DNA of 64,000 nt from Paludibacteraceae bacterium (GTDB lineage Bacteria > Bacteroidota > Bacteroidia > Bacteroidales > Paludibacteraceae): positions 1,904-65,903 of the forward strand of contig JAFGVL010000072.1 of NCBI GenBank assembly GCA_016938015.1, read 5' to 3'. The position numbers and the translations under genes were made by a program. Positions 44,819-52,847 of the stretch are shown in pieces; positions within the stretch are counted from its first letter, which is position 1; every line of letters begins with the position of its first letter. The notes beneath the pieces were generated by a model. That model was not told the DNA's origin and ran no database searches. It was given only the letters and a program-made list of their open reading frames with translations.

Positions 44819-47800
44819 TTTGCTACTCCTTTCTTTTTTGCAATTTTTTCCTTTATGCTATCTACCACATAATATACCATGGGAACTAAGAAAACGGTCA
44901 AAATTAATGAAGAGAGTAAGCCGCCGATAATAACCCACGCTAATCCATTTTTCCACTCACTTGCAGTGCCTTTGCCCAATGCAATGGGCAACATGCCTAT
45001 TGCCATAGCCAGGGTAGTCATTAGTATAGGACGAAGTCGTTCCTTGCTTGCTGTAATTATTGCTTCTTTGAAATGTTTACCTTGTGCTTTCAATTGATTC
45101 GTAAAGTCCACAATCAGAATAGAATTCTTTGTTACCAAGCCCATGAGCATAATAAGTCCAAGTTGAGCAAAAAGGGTCATGTGATTTAATGATAGATTCA
45201 ATGCTAGGAATGCCCCGATAACAGCAACAGGGATGCCGAATAGCGCTACAAAAGGATAGATGTAGCTGTCGTATAACGCAATCATTATCAGATAAATCAG
45301 GATAAATGAAATAAGCAAAACAGAACCCAAAGCCCCAAAGCTTTCGTTTTGTGTTTTTATATCTGCACCCCAACTTAACTTAACTCCTTCAGGCAGTGGT
45401 TTGGTTTTTAGATAGGCAATCACATCTCCAGCTAAAGTGCCTGACGGGCGGCCAAATGATTCGGCAGTGAGGGTAACTGATGCTTGTCTGTCGAGGCGTT
45501 CTAAAAGCGAGGGTGAGTTATCTTGTACCACCGTGGCAAACTGTGATACTTCAATAGGTGTATTCATCGGATTTACGATGGTAAGATGCTTTACATCTTC
45601 AAAATTCTTACGACTAAACTCGTCAAGCCAAATGCGCACAGGGTATTCAGTACCATCTTCGGTTAAAGAAGCATCTTCGTTTCCTGTGAATGCGGTTCTT
45701 AAATTATTTCCAACATAGGCGGTTGTTAGTCCTAAACGCTGCATTTTATCTTTATCAGGTATAACTTTATATTCCGGATTTCCTTCTACTACCGACAATT
45801 GAACATTGTCTGCTCCTGGTATAGTTTCTATGGTGGATTTCAAATCTTGCGCAGTTCTCATTATTAAATTGAGATTAGCTCCACTCAATGTGATTTTTAT
45901 TGGGGCACCTTTAGGTAATAAGCCAATAACAGCTACGGAAAAATTGATACCCGGATAATTAGATCGAAGCTCTGTAAGAAGTTGTTTCATAAAATCTTCT
46001 GTTTTCATACTTCTTTCTTTTTCGGGTTTTAACTGGATAGTAAACTCCGATTTATTCGCAGCCCCTACACCTAGACTTCCAATTCCGGCGCTTGGTCCGC
46101 CAATGTTGCTAAAAAGTGTAGAAACTTCAGCTTGGTTCAGAATATAAGTTTCAATTTGTTGAGATACAATATTATTCTGTTGAACTGTTATTGTTTTATC
46201 ATATTCTAAGTTCAATCTGAATTTCCCTTGGTCGCCGGTAGACATCATCTCTTTGCCAATAATGCCTTGTTTCATTACAACTAAAGTCATTATAAAAAGA
46301 AGCACAACAATGCCTGTAAATATTCGTTTGTGACTTAATACCCAAGTAAGTTGTCTTCCATACCAAAAAATAAAAGTGTTTAATTTAAATTCAAACCAAA
46401 GTAGAAAACGGTTTATTATATTGGTGGGTTTTAAATCCTCTCTTTTACCGATTCGAGAAGCAAGCCATGGTGTAAGGGTAAAACCAACCAGTAAACTAGT
46501 TAGTGTTGAGGTAATAACGACAACAGAAAATTGTTTAAGCATATCGGCAACAAATACCTGCAAAAACAAAATAGGCAAGAAAACAACCACGTCAACCAAG
46601 GTAATTGAAAGAGCCGAAAAGCCAATTTCCATACGACCTTCCATGGCTGCGGCACGCTTCTTTTTCCCCATATCAAGATGCCGCTGAATGTTTTCAAGTA
46701 TCACTATGGCATCATCAACAAGAATCCCAATAATTAAGGACATAGCGAGTAAGGTCATTAAATTCAAGGTGTAGCCCAAAAGCCACATCACAGCAAAGGC
46801 AGTTACAAGTGAGGTTGGAATGGAAACCAATACGATTAGAGAGTTACGGTAACTTCTTAAGAACAATAGCATTACAAGCGAAACCAGTAATACTGCCAAT
46901 AATAAATCAAACACTACCGAGTTTACGGCGGCTATTGTTTTATCCGTAGAATCGTCGGCTATGGTAAATTTCACCCCTGCATTTTTATTTTGCTCTTCAA
47001 TTGCTTTTAATTTTTCACGAACTAACTTTGATACATCTACTGCATTTGCATCACCTTGTTTTTTTAGTAGCAGCCCAATACCGCTTGTTCCATTATATCT
47101 GCTTACTGAACTTACTTCCTTAATACCATCAATTACATTAGCAATGTCTTTCACATACACGGGGCTGTTTGGCATTGGCATGGCTACTTGCACATCCATT
47201 ATATCGTCTATTGATGTGAACTTACCGGTAATTCGTACCGAATTATTTTCTTTCTGCGATTGTACTTTTCCGGCAGGAAGGTCTAATCCTGAGCGATTTA
47301 TGGCATCTACCACCTGACTTAGAGATATTTTGTAATAGCGTAATTTATCTTGATTCACTTTTACCTGAATCTCACGCTCTTCTCCACCTAGCAAGCTTAT
47401 TTCTGCTACCCCTTTTAATTGTTGAATTTGAGGCAGATAGTCATCTTTCATTTTTTGATAAAACTCAGTTTCCGACAATTTGCTGGTAGCACTTATAGAG
47501 ATAATTGGCAAATCGTTGGGCGAAATTTTGCTCATCACCGGACTTTGAATGTCGGCAGGCAAATCCTTTTTAATATTGTCGATATAGCGCTGTGCATCTT
47601 GCATGGCTTTATCCACATTGGTCCCATATTTTAGATTAGCTATAATAACCGATGCGTTGGGCATTGACTTTGTTTCCAAGTAATCTACGCCCTCTAAATT
47701 TGAAAGAGCATCTTCAATTTTTCTAGACACAGAAGTTTCAACCTCTTCGGGTTCAGCACCTGGGTAAATTGTTTTAATTACCACTACAGGCTGATTGAAA

Positions 47801-47916
47801 TCGGGTAAGAGTTCGTAACTTAGGTTTTTATAGCCAATTATTCCTAGCAATGTAAATACGCTAAAAAGAACTATTATGAGCGATGGTCGCTTTATGGCAA
47901 TATCTGTGATATTCAT
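44815..47916 (-). CDS. RND efflux permease (AcrB/HAE1-type)
   Basis: 1033 aa with 12-TM RND topology. It has the N-terminus IAIKRPSLIIVLFSVFTLLGIIGY and conserved GILVDDAIVILENI in TM4. Confidence 0.92.
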   Translation of the reverse strand: MNITDIAIKRPSLIIVLFSVFTLLGIIGYKNLSYELLPDFNQPVVVIKTIYPGAEPEEVETSVSRKIEDALSNLEGVDYLETKSMPNASVIIANLKYGTNVDKAMQDAQRYIDNIKKDLPADIQSPVMSKISPNDLPIISISATSKLSETEFYQKMKDDYLPQIQQLKGVAEISLLGGEEREIQVKVNQDKLRYYKISLSQVVDAINRSGLDLPAGKVQSQKENNSVRITGKFTSIDDIMDVQVAMPMPNSPVYVKDIANVIDGIKEVSSVSRYNGTSGIGLLLKKQGDANAVDVSKLVREKLKAIEEQNKNAGVKFTIADDSTDKTIAAVNSVVFDLLLAVLLVSLVMLLFLRSYRNSLIVLVSIPTSLVTAFAVMWLLGYTLNLMTLLAMSLIIGILVDDAIVILENIQRHLDMGKKKRAAAMEGRMEIGFSALSITLVDVVVFLPILFLQVFVADMLKQFSVVVITSTLTSLLVGFTLTPWLASRIGKREDLKPTNIINRFLLWFEFKLNTFIFWYGRQLTWVLSHKRIFTGIVVLLFIMTLVVMKQGIIGKEMMSTGDQGKFRLNLEYDKTITVQQNNIVSQQIETYILNQAEVSTLFSNIGGPSAGIGSLGVGAANKSEFTIQLKPEKERSMKTEDFMKQLLTELRSNYPGINFSVAVIGLLPKGAPIKITLSGANLNLIMRTAQDLKSTIETIPGADNVQLSVVEGNPEYKVIPDKDKMQRLGLTTAYVGNNLRTAFTGNEDASLTEDGTEYPVRIWLDEFSRKNFEDVKHLTIVNPMNTPIEVSQFATVVQDNSPSLLERLDRQASVTLTAESFGRPSGTLAGDVIAYLKTKPLPEGVKLSWGADIKTQNESFGALGSVLLISFILIYLIMIALYDSYIYPFVALFGIPVAVIGAFLALNLSLNHMTLFAQLGLIMLMGLVTKNSILIVDFTNQLKAQGKHFKEAIITASKERLRPILMTTLAMAIGMLPIALGKGTASEWKNGLAWVIIGGLLSSLILTVFLVPMVYYVVDSIKEKIAKKKGVAK

Positions 47917-47921
47917 AGCTT

Positions 47922-48977
47922 TTAGTTTTTAATTGAAACAGTTGCTCCGTCAAAAAGAGTAATAAATCCGTTGGTGACGAGTACATCGCCCTCTACTAAT
48001 CCTTTTTCTACTATCGCCTTATTTCCGAAACGTTTTGATATGCTTATGTCAACTAGTTTGGCTTTGCCTTGTTTTACTTTAAAAACTTGCGGATTACTAT
48101 TGCTTCCTTGAATAGACGAGGAGGGGATGATAATGTATTTTTGCTTGTCTTTACTTGCAAAAAGAACACGGCCCGACATGCCTGATTTTATTTTTAAATC
48201 GGGTGTATTAGCAAGTGAAAATTGAACAGGGAAACTATTTCCTACATTCGCTTTGCTACCAATCATCGTAACTTTACCCTTCAATTTAATATCCGGAAAT
48301 GCATCAACAGTGAGTTGATTGGATTGTTGCATCTCAAACTGATTAATTTCTTGCTCAGGCAAATTGATGGTGAATTTTAAATTCGAGATATCTGTAATTT
48401 GTAATAAAGGGACTCCTGGTGCAGCAAATGCACCTTCTTCAGTCATTTTTGCAGTTACAACACCGTTAAATGGCGCTTTGATGGTGGTTTTGTTAATTTG
48501 TTCGAGCAAAGTCGCTTTTTGCACATTTGCTGATTTCAATGCCAATTCCGTTTTCTCCAATTGTACCCCTTGAATGGCCTCGGCATTGGCAAGTACTGTA
48601 TATCTTCTTACATCGGCTTCCAATCCTTCTATCTGAACTTTAACAGATTGAAGTTGTAATTTAAGCAAGGAGTTGTCTAATTGAATTACGGGCTGACCGG
48701 TTCTTACATTACTTCCAATATCAACAAGCAATTTACTTATCTTACCTTGAATATCTGCACTTATCTTGCTTTCTTTGTTAGGCTCGAATGAGCCGGTATA
48801 CGAATATTCAGCATCAGCAAACTCAAGCTGTAATGTATCTACTTGAACACTTATAGGAGTTTCTTTGTCGTACTGATAAACTCTTTTCTGTGTAGTTTCT
48901 TTGTTGTTTTTTAAACGAATAACCACAACGAAAACAAGTGCCAAGGCCAATACTATGTAAATAATTTTCTTTTTCAT
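47922..48977 (-). CDS. RND periplasmic adaptor (membrane fusion protein, HlyD/AcrA family)
   Basis: N-terminal anchor, lipoyl/hairpin region (ISADIQGKISKLLVDIGSNVRTGQPVIQLD) and beta-barrel. It lies 5 nt upstream of the RND permease. Confidence 0.88.
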   Translation of the reverse strand: MKKKIIYIVLALALVFVVVIRLKNNKETTQKRVYQYDKETPISVQVDTLQLEFADAEYSYTGSFEPNKESKISADIQGKISKLLVDIGSNVRTGQPVIQLDNSLLKLQLQSVKVQIEGLEADVRRYTVLANAEAIQGVQLEKTELALKSANVQKATLLEQINKTTIKAPFNGVVTAKMTEEGAFAAPGVPLLQITDISNLKFTINLPEQEINQFEMQQSNQLTVDAFPDIKLKGKVTMIGSKANVGNSFPVQFSLANTPDLKIKSGMSGRVLFASKDKQKYIIIPSSSIQGSNSNPQVFKVKQGKAKLVDISISKRFGNKAIVEKGLVEGDVLVTNGFITLFDGATVSIKN

Positions 48978-48998
48978 ACGGTTTCCAATTTTTCTTTA

Positions 48999-49226
48999 TT
49001 ATTCACTTATAATTTTTGCTACATTTCTTTTAATAATAGGCATAAGTACTAATACCACCGGAATGGCAACCGAAAAGCCTAAAGCCCACATTTTTACCCA
49101 TTTCGAAATAAAACCGGGATTGAACCCGAAATTTACACCCACACTCACAAATGTTACAACGCATGTCATTATCAATACCATGGTTGTAAGCGTAACTATC
49201 ATTTCATATTTTTTATCAATTTTCAT
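48999..49226 (-). CDS. Small 2-TM membrane protein, DUF2798-like
   Basis: 75 aa: MIVTLTTMVLIMTCVVTFVSVGVNFGF..FISKWVKMWALGFSVAIPVVLVLMPIIKRNV. This matches my recollection of DUF2798. Confidence 0.6.
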   Translation of the reverse strand: MKIDKKYEMIVTLTTMVLIMTCVVTFVSVGVNFGFNPGFISKWVKMWALGFSVAIPVVLVLMPIIKRNVAKIISE

Positions 49227-49248
49227 TTTCTTAAGTGTTTTATGGTTG

Positions 49249-50601
49249 TTATTTTATATTTCCTGTTAATCGTTTTAATTCTAAATCAGCTTTCAAAAAC
49301 TCTACAATAGCCGACAAATGATTTTGTTGTGCCTCTCTCAGCGTGTTATCTGCTAGCAAAACATCTGTTAGGTTTGCGGTTCCGTGTTTTTGTTGCAACA
49401 GTGTTTGTTCATAGATATTTTTAGCTAATTCTATTTGAGATGTAGTATTTGCAATTGTATGCTGTGTTACTGTTCTTCGACGCGTAGCATTCTCAATGAG
49501 CATATTATTTTGGTCTGTTACTAAATTTATTTGCAACTGATTGTTTTCAATCTCTATTTTCTTTTGCTTTATTTTTCGATAGCTAACCGTTCCATTAAAT
49601 AGGGGATAAGCTAATTGTAGTCCCACGAAACTCGTTGGGAAAAATTTCAAAAAATCGTTTGGTTGTTTGTCGTAGCCAAATCCTGTTTGTCCATAACTTC
49701 CATATAATGAAACTGTTGGCAATTTGGAATTTCTCAAGGTTTTCAATTCACTGCTTAGAAGCCGGTTTTGCGAATTGATTAGAAGTAAATCAACTGTTGT
49801 TGCATTTTCATATGCCTGTATGTTGTTAAATATAATAGTGGTTTCTATCTTCAAATTCATAGAGGATGATAGCCCCATAGATAGTTTGAGAGCATTCAAT
49901 ACCTGTTCAAGGTTATTCGCAGCCATCTCTTTCTGGGTTTTTAGTAGTTCTAGTTGAAGCTCAACTTTTTTGACATCAGTGCCTTTTATCATCAATTGTT
50001 GATACAAGAGTCGCAGATTTTCCAAAAGCTTGTTTGTATTAACGATATTGCTATCGATAAACGCCAGCTGGTTATAGAGAATTTGAGCATTGTAATACAA
50101 ATTTGAAACCTCAAAATACACCTGTTCCTCAGTTTTTTTGTATTGCAGTTCGCTTATTTCTGTTGCTATCTTTGAAGATCTAATACCTCCATATATTTGA
50201 GGGTTATACAAAGGCAATGAAAATTGAATTGCCGCACTCATGTTGTGAGGCACACCAAATTGCGCCTCCCTGAATTGACCCTCCGGAGCTGTAGGGTTGA
50301 AGGTAGACATGGGCATAAGTTGATAAGGCAAATCGGTAAAATACTTGTAATCGCCCACCACATTCACTTTCGGTAATAGGTTGGCTATAGCTTCTTTTTG
50401 TTTTTGCTTGCCGATAGTTACATTATTCCTACTTATCTGAAGACTTTTATTATGTACTTGAGCCGTGTCAATACACATTTGTAATGACCAATTTTGTGCT
50501 TGTCCATGAAAGGCAGTAAACAGTACAAAAACGAATGAAAACAACACTCTTAGAGTGTGAATATTTACTAACATCAGCTTTAAATTTTTTTTAGTGTTCA
50601 T
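49249..50601 (-). CDS. TolC-family outer-membrane efflux channel
   Basis: 450 aa with a signal peptide and two OEP repeats (LQMCIDTAQVHNKSLQ...LPKVNVVGDY...; ...LPTVSLYGSYGQ...). Confidence 0.85.
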   Translation of the reverse strand: MNTKKNLKLMLVNIHTLRVLFSFVFVLFTAFHGQAQNWSLQMCIDTAQVHNKSLQISRNNVTIGKQKQKEAIANLLPKVNVVGDYKYFTDLPYQLMPMSTFNPTAPEGQFREAQFGVPHNMSAAIQFSLPLYNPQIYGGIRSSKIATEISELQYKKTEEQVYFEVSNLYYNAQILYNQLAFIDSNIVNTNKLLENLRLLYQQLMIKGTDVKKVELQLELLKTQKEMAANNLEQVLNALKLSMGLSSSMNLKIETTIIFNNIQAYENATTVDLLLINSQNRLLSSELKTLRNSKLPTVSLYGSYGQTGFGYDKQPNDFLKFFPTSFVGLQLAYPLFNGTVSYRKIKQKKIEIENNQLQINLVTDQNNMLIENATRRRTVTQHTIANTTSQIELAKNIYEQTLLQQKHGTANLTDVLLADNTLREAQQNHLSAIVEFLKADLELKRLTGNIK

Positions 50602-50992
50602 TTTTCATGCTTTTATTGAGTAGGTAGGAAGCGCTTACAAATAATACCGTAATAGCAATTCTAAAAGTCAATGCGCCGATTGTTTTAGTTTCATAAATAC
50701 CATTCATATTGATGTGTACTAGAAGCCCTGTAAAAGCTAAAAGAAGTACAATTAACGAGCTGCTTAGAATTTTAGTTACCCAGCCTTTTTTAGTAATGAT
50801 TCCATAACCCGCAAGAAGGTACAGAATACTACAAACTAAATTTGCCAGAACTACAAAAAGGACATAATTACCCTCTTTAGCTCTTATGCCAAATAAATCA
50901 AAAACAATAGAACTACTTAAAAACAAAGTAGCAAATCCAAGTACAATAATAATCAGCGCAAGCGTGTAGCGAAGTGCATTTTTTATTCTCAT
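50591..50992 (-). CDS. Hypothetical 4-TM membrane protein
   Basis: 133 aa with four hydrophobic helices. The 3' end overlaps the tolC-like start by 11 nt. I recognise no family. Confidence 0.55.
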   Translation of the reverse strand: MRIKNALRYTLALIIIVLGFATLFLSSSIVFDLFGIRAKEGNYVLFVVLANLVCSILYLLAGYGIITKKGWVTKILSSSLIVLLLAFTGLLVHINMNGIYETKTIGALTFRIAITVLFVSASYLLNKSMKNEH

Positions 50993-51004
50993 AAATAGTG
51001 GTTT

Positions 51005-51343
51005 TTACAATAATTTTGTTTGCGTTGTAGGCCTTGGTGCTTTTATAACCAAAATACGTGCAACGGTAGTTGAGTTGTTGTACAGACAATGTACAATATC
51101 TTTCGGACTTTCCACTAGACAGTCTGCTTTCACCTCAATTTTTTCATCGCCAACCAGCACTTTGGGAGTGCCTTCCAAGATATAAAAGAATACATCCACT
51201 GGGGTAATATGAGGTTTTAGTGCTTTACCTGCTTGCAGGGTAATGTGCATGGCTTGAGCCGAGTCCGTGTCATACAACTTACGAACATCTAGTTTATGTG
51301 GGGTTTCAACAATAGGGGTTTCTTTTACAATAGTAATTTTCAT
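51005..51343 (-). CDS. Cupin-domain protein
   Basis: 112 aa with a single cupin barrel (HITLQAGKALKPHITPVDVFFYILEG...ESPKDIVHCLYN). Confidence 0.7.
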   Translation of the reverse strand: MKITIVKETPIVETPHKLDVRKLYDTDSAQAMHITLQAGKALKPHITPVDVFFYILEGTPKVLVGDEKIEVKADCLVESPKDIVHCLYNNSTTVARILVIKAPRPTTQTKLL

Positions 51344-51353
51344 AATGTAATGT

Positions 51354-51971
51354 TTACTTAACTAATGTCTTAATAGAATGTATGAATTCGGAACCTTTTT
51401 CTATCAAATTGAAATTGTAATTTGACATGTGCCATTGTTTTACAAACATTCTCAATGAACCCATAATCATTACAGCCAAATGAGCGGCTTCTATATCAAT
51501 CCTGATTTCGTCTTTGCTCTGCCCTGTTTCTATTATAGCTGTAAGATTTGTAATGTTTTTATTCAATATTTCTTTCACTTTATCGGTAAGTGCTTCCTCG
51601 TTACGAAATATCTCTTCCGAGAAAATCACAGCTACGAGTGATGGTGTATCAGCGAACTTCTTGAAATGATTAAGAAATAGATGTTCGATTTTTATTGATG
51701 TATGCTCGTTTGAGTCCAATTGACTGGTAAAGAAATACTCTGAATTTTGTTTGAAAAATTCAAGTATAGCCAGTAATATCTGAATTTTGTTCTCATAATG
51801 ACGGTATATCGCTGATTCGGCAAAACCGATTTTTTTTGCAAGATTTTTTATTGTAAGCGACTGTATACCGCTTTCAGCAATAATTTCAAGAGACACTCTA
51901 ATAATCTCTTTTTGCCTTTCTGTTATTTCTGTATTCATGTTATAATTATACGTGAGTGAATGTTCGCTCAC
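51354..51971 (-). CDS. TetR/AcrR-family transcriptional regulator (intact)
   Basis: HTH ITERQKEIIRVSLEIIAESGIQSLTIKNLAKKIGFAESAIYRHYENK. The start may instead be Met12 (51938). Confidence 0.85.
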   Translation of the reverse strand: MSEHSLTYNYNMNTEITERQKEIIRVSLEIIAESGIQSLTIKNLAKKIGFAESAIYRHYENKIQILLAILEFFKQNSEYFFTSQLDSNEHTSIKIEHLFLNHFKKFADTPSLVAVIFSEEIFRNEEALTDKVKEILNKNITNLTAIIETGQSKDEIRIDIEAAHLAVMIMGSLRMFVKQWHMSNYNFNLIEKGSEFIHSIKTLVK

Positions 51972-52207
51972 AAAGATAAAGCAATTTAAATTAACAATCC
52001 TAATTATTTATATTTTTTTTATTTGTTGTTTTAAAAAATTATAGCATGTTTCACTAAAGTAAATAGAGATACTAGCTATGCAAATAGTTCTTTTCGAGCC
52101 GTTTTGCTTTCGCTGCGAAAATACTTATTAGTGGTATGTGGCTTCTTTTTGCAGGATAGTTTCTATTTCTGCTTAGGTTATTAATATTAATGCAACAAAA
52201 AGTAAGA

Positions 52208-52474
52208 TCAAAGCCCTGCTAAGTACAGGAAATAGTATGTGAAATGACCAAGTGACTTAATACTTGCTGATTCACTAACAGTTATTAAAGCTGTTGCTCC
52301 ACCCAGTGGATGCAGGCATTTCAGATATTGCATAGCTAAGATGGAACCGGCTACTACCAAGGGTGTACTCAAGTACAATGAATCAGGAAAAATCGTATAT
52401 ACACAAACGCCGATAAGGATATTTATTTTAAGGAAAGCCAAGCATTCTAAATAGGGATGTAAGTTTATCCTTTT
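52208..52474 (-). pseudogene. HPP-family membrane protein fragment (C-terminal part only)
   Basis: ...INILIGVCVYTIF...VVAGSILAMQYLKCLHPLGGATALITV... carries the HPP-family H-P-x-G-G-A-T-A-L signature. Only ~88 codons are open, with no ATG, and the conserved N-terminal TM pair is absent. Confidence 0.55.
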
Positions 52475-52693
52475 TTAGGGTGATTAGTTTATTGTTTTAT
52501 TTGCTTTTTTTTTAATTTTCATAAAAAACTTTCAAAATTATTTTTTTCTCTTTGTAAATTTAAAGTAATGCGGGAGAAAGAATCAAGTAGTAAGGTAAAA
52601 AATGATTCTAAAATGCTGAGTTCTCAACGTGATTATTTATTAAAAGGAGGTTTACTCAAAGCAAATTAATAGAAAACTATATTATTTATAATT

Positions 52694-52711
52694 TCATCGA
52701 ACTCACGTTAA
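52694..52711 (+). repeat. Second copy of the 18-nt direct repeat TCATCGAACTCACGTTAA (first copy 44094-44111)
   Basis: Exact 18/18 match in the same orientation, exactly 8,600 bp from the first copy. An inverted partial copy GTGAGTTCGACGA lies at 43903-43915. Confidence 0.9.
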
Positions 52712-52781
52712 TTATCTAAATTTTACTAGATAGTTGCTGAAGTTTTTATTTTTAACATCTTGTTTATATTACGTTTTTTGT

Positions 52782-52824
52782 AAAAAAAACCGCCTTCAGT
52801 TCACGATTGAACATTAGGCGGTTT
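52782..52824 (-). terminator. Terminator after the T9SS phosphoesterase gene
   Basis: 9-bp stem AAACCGCCT / AGGCGGTTT (52787-52795 / 52816-52824). T8 follows on the minus strand. Confidence 0.7.
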
Positions 52825-52847
52825 CTACCAACTTACACTAAACTATC

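Noticed and set aside
52568-52669. 33-codon ORF MREKESSSKVKNDSKMLSSQRDYLLKGGLLKAN between the HPP fragment and the 18-nt repeat
   Set aside because: It is too short and featureless to support as a gene, and it lies in a region of obvious gene decay. I mention it only as a possible remnant.
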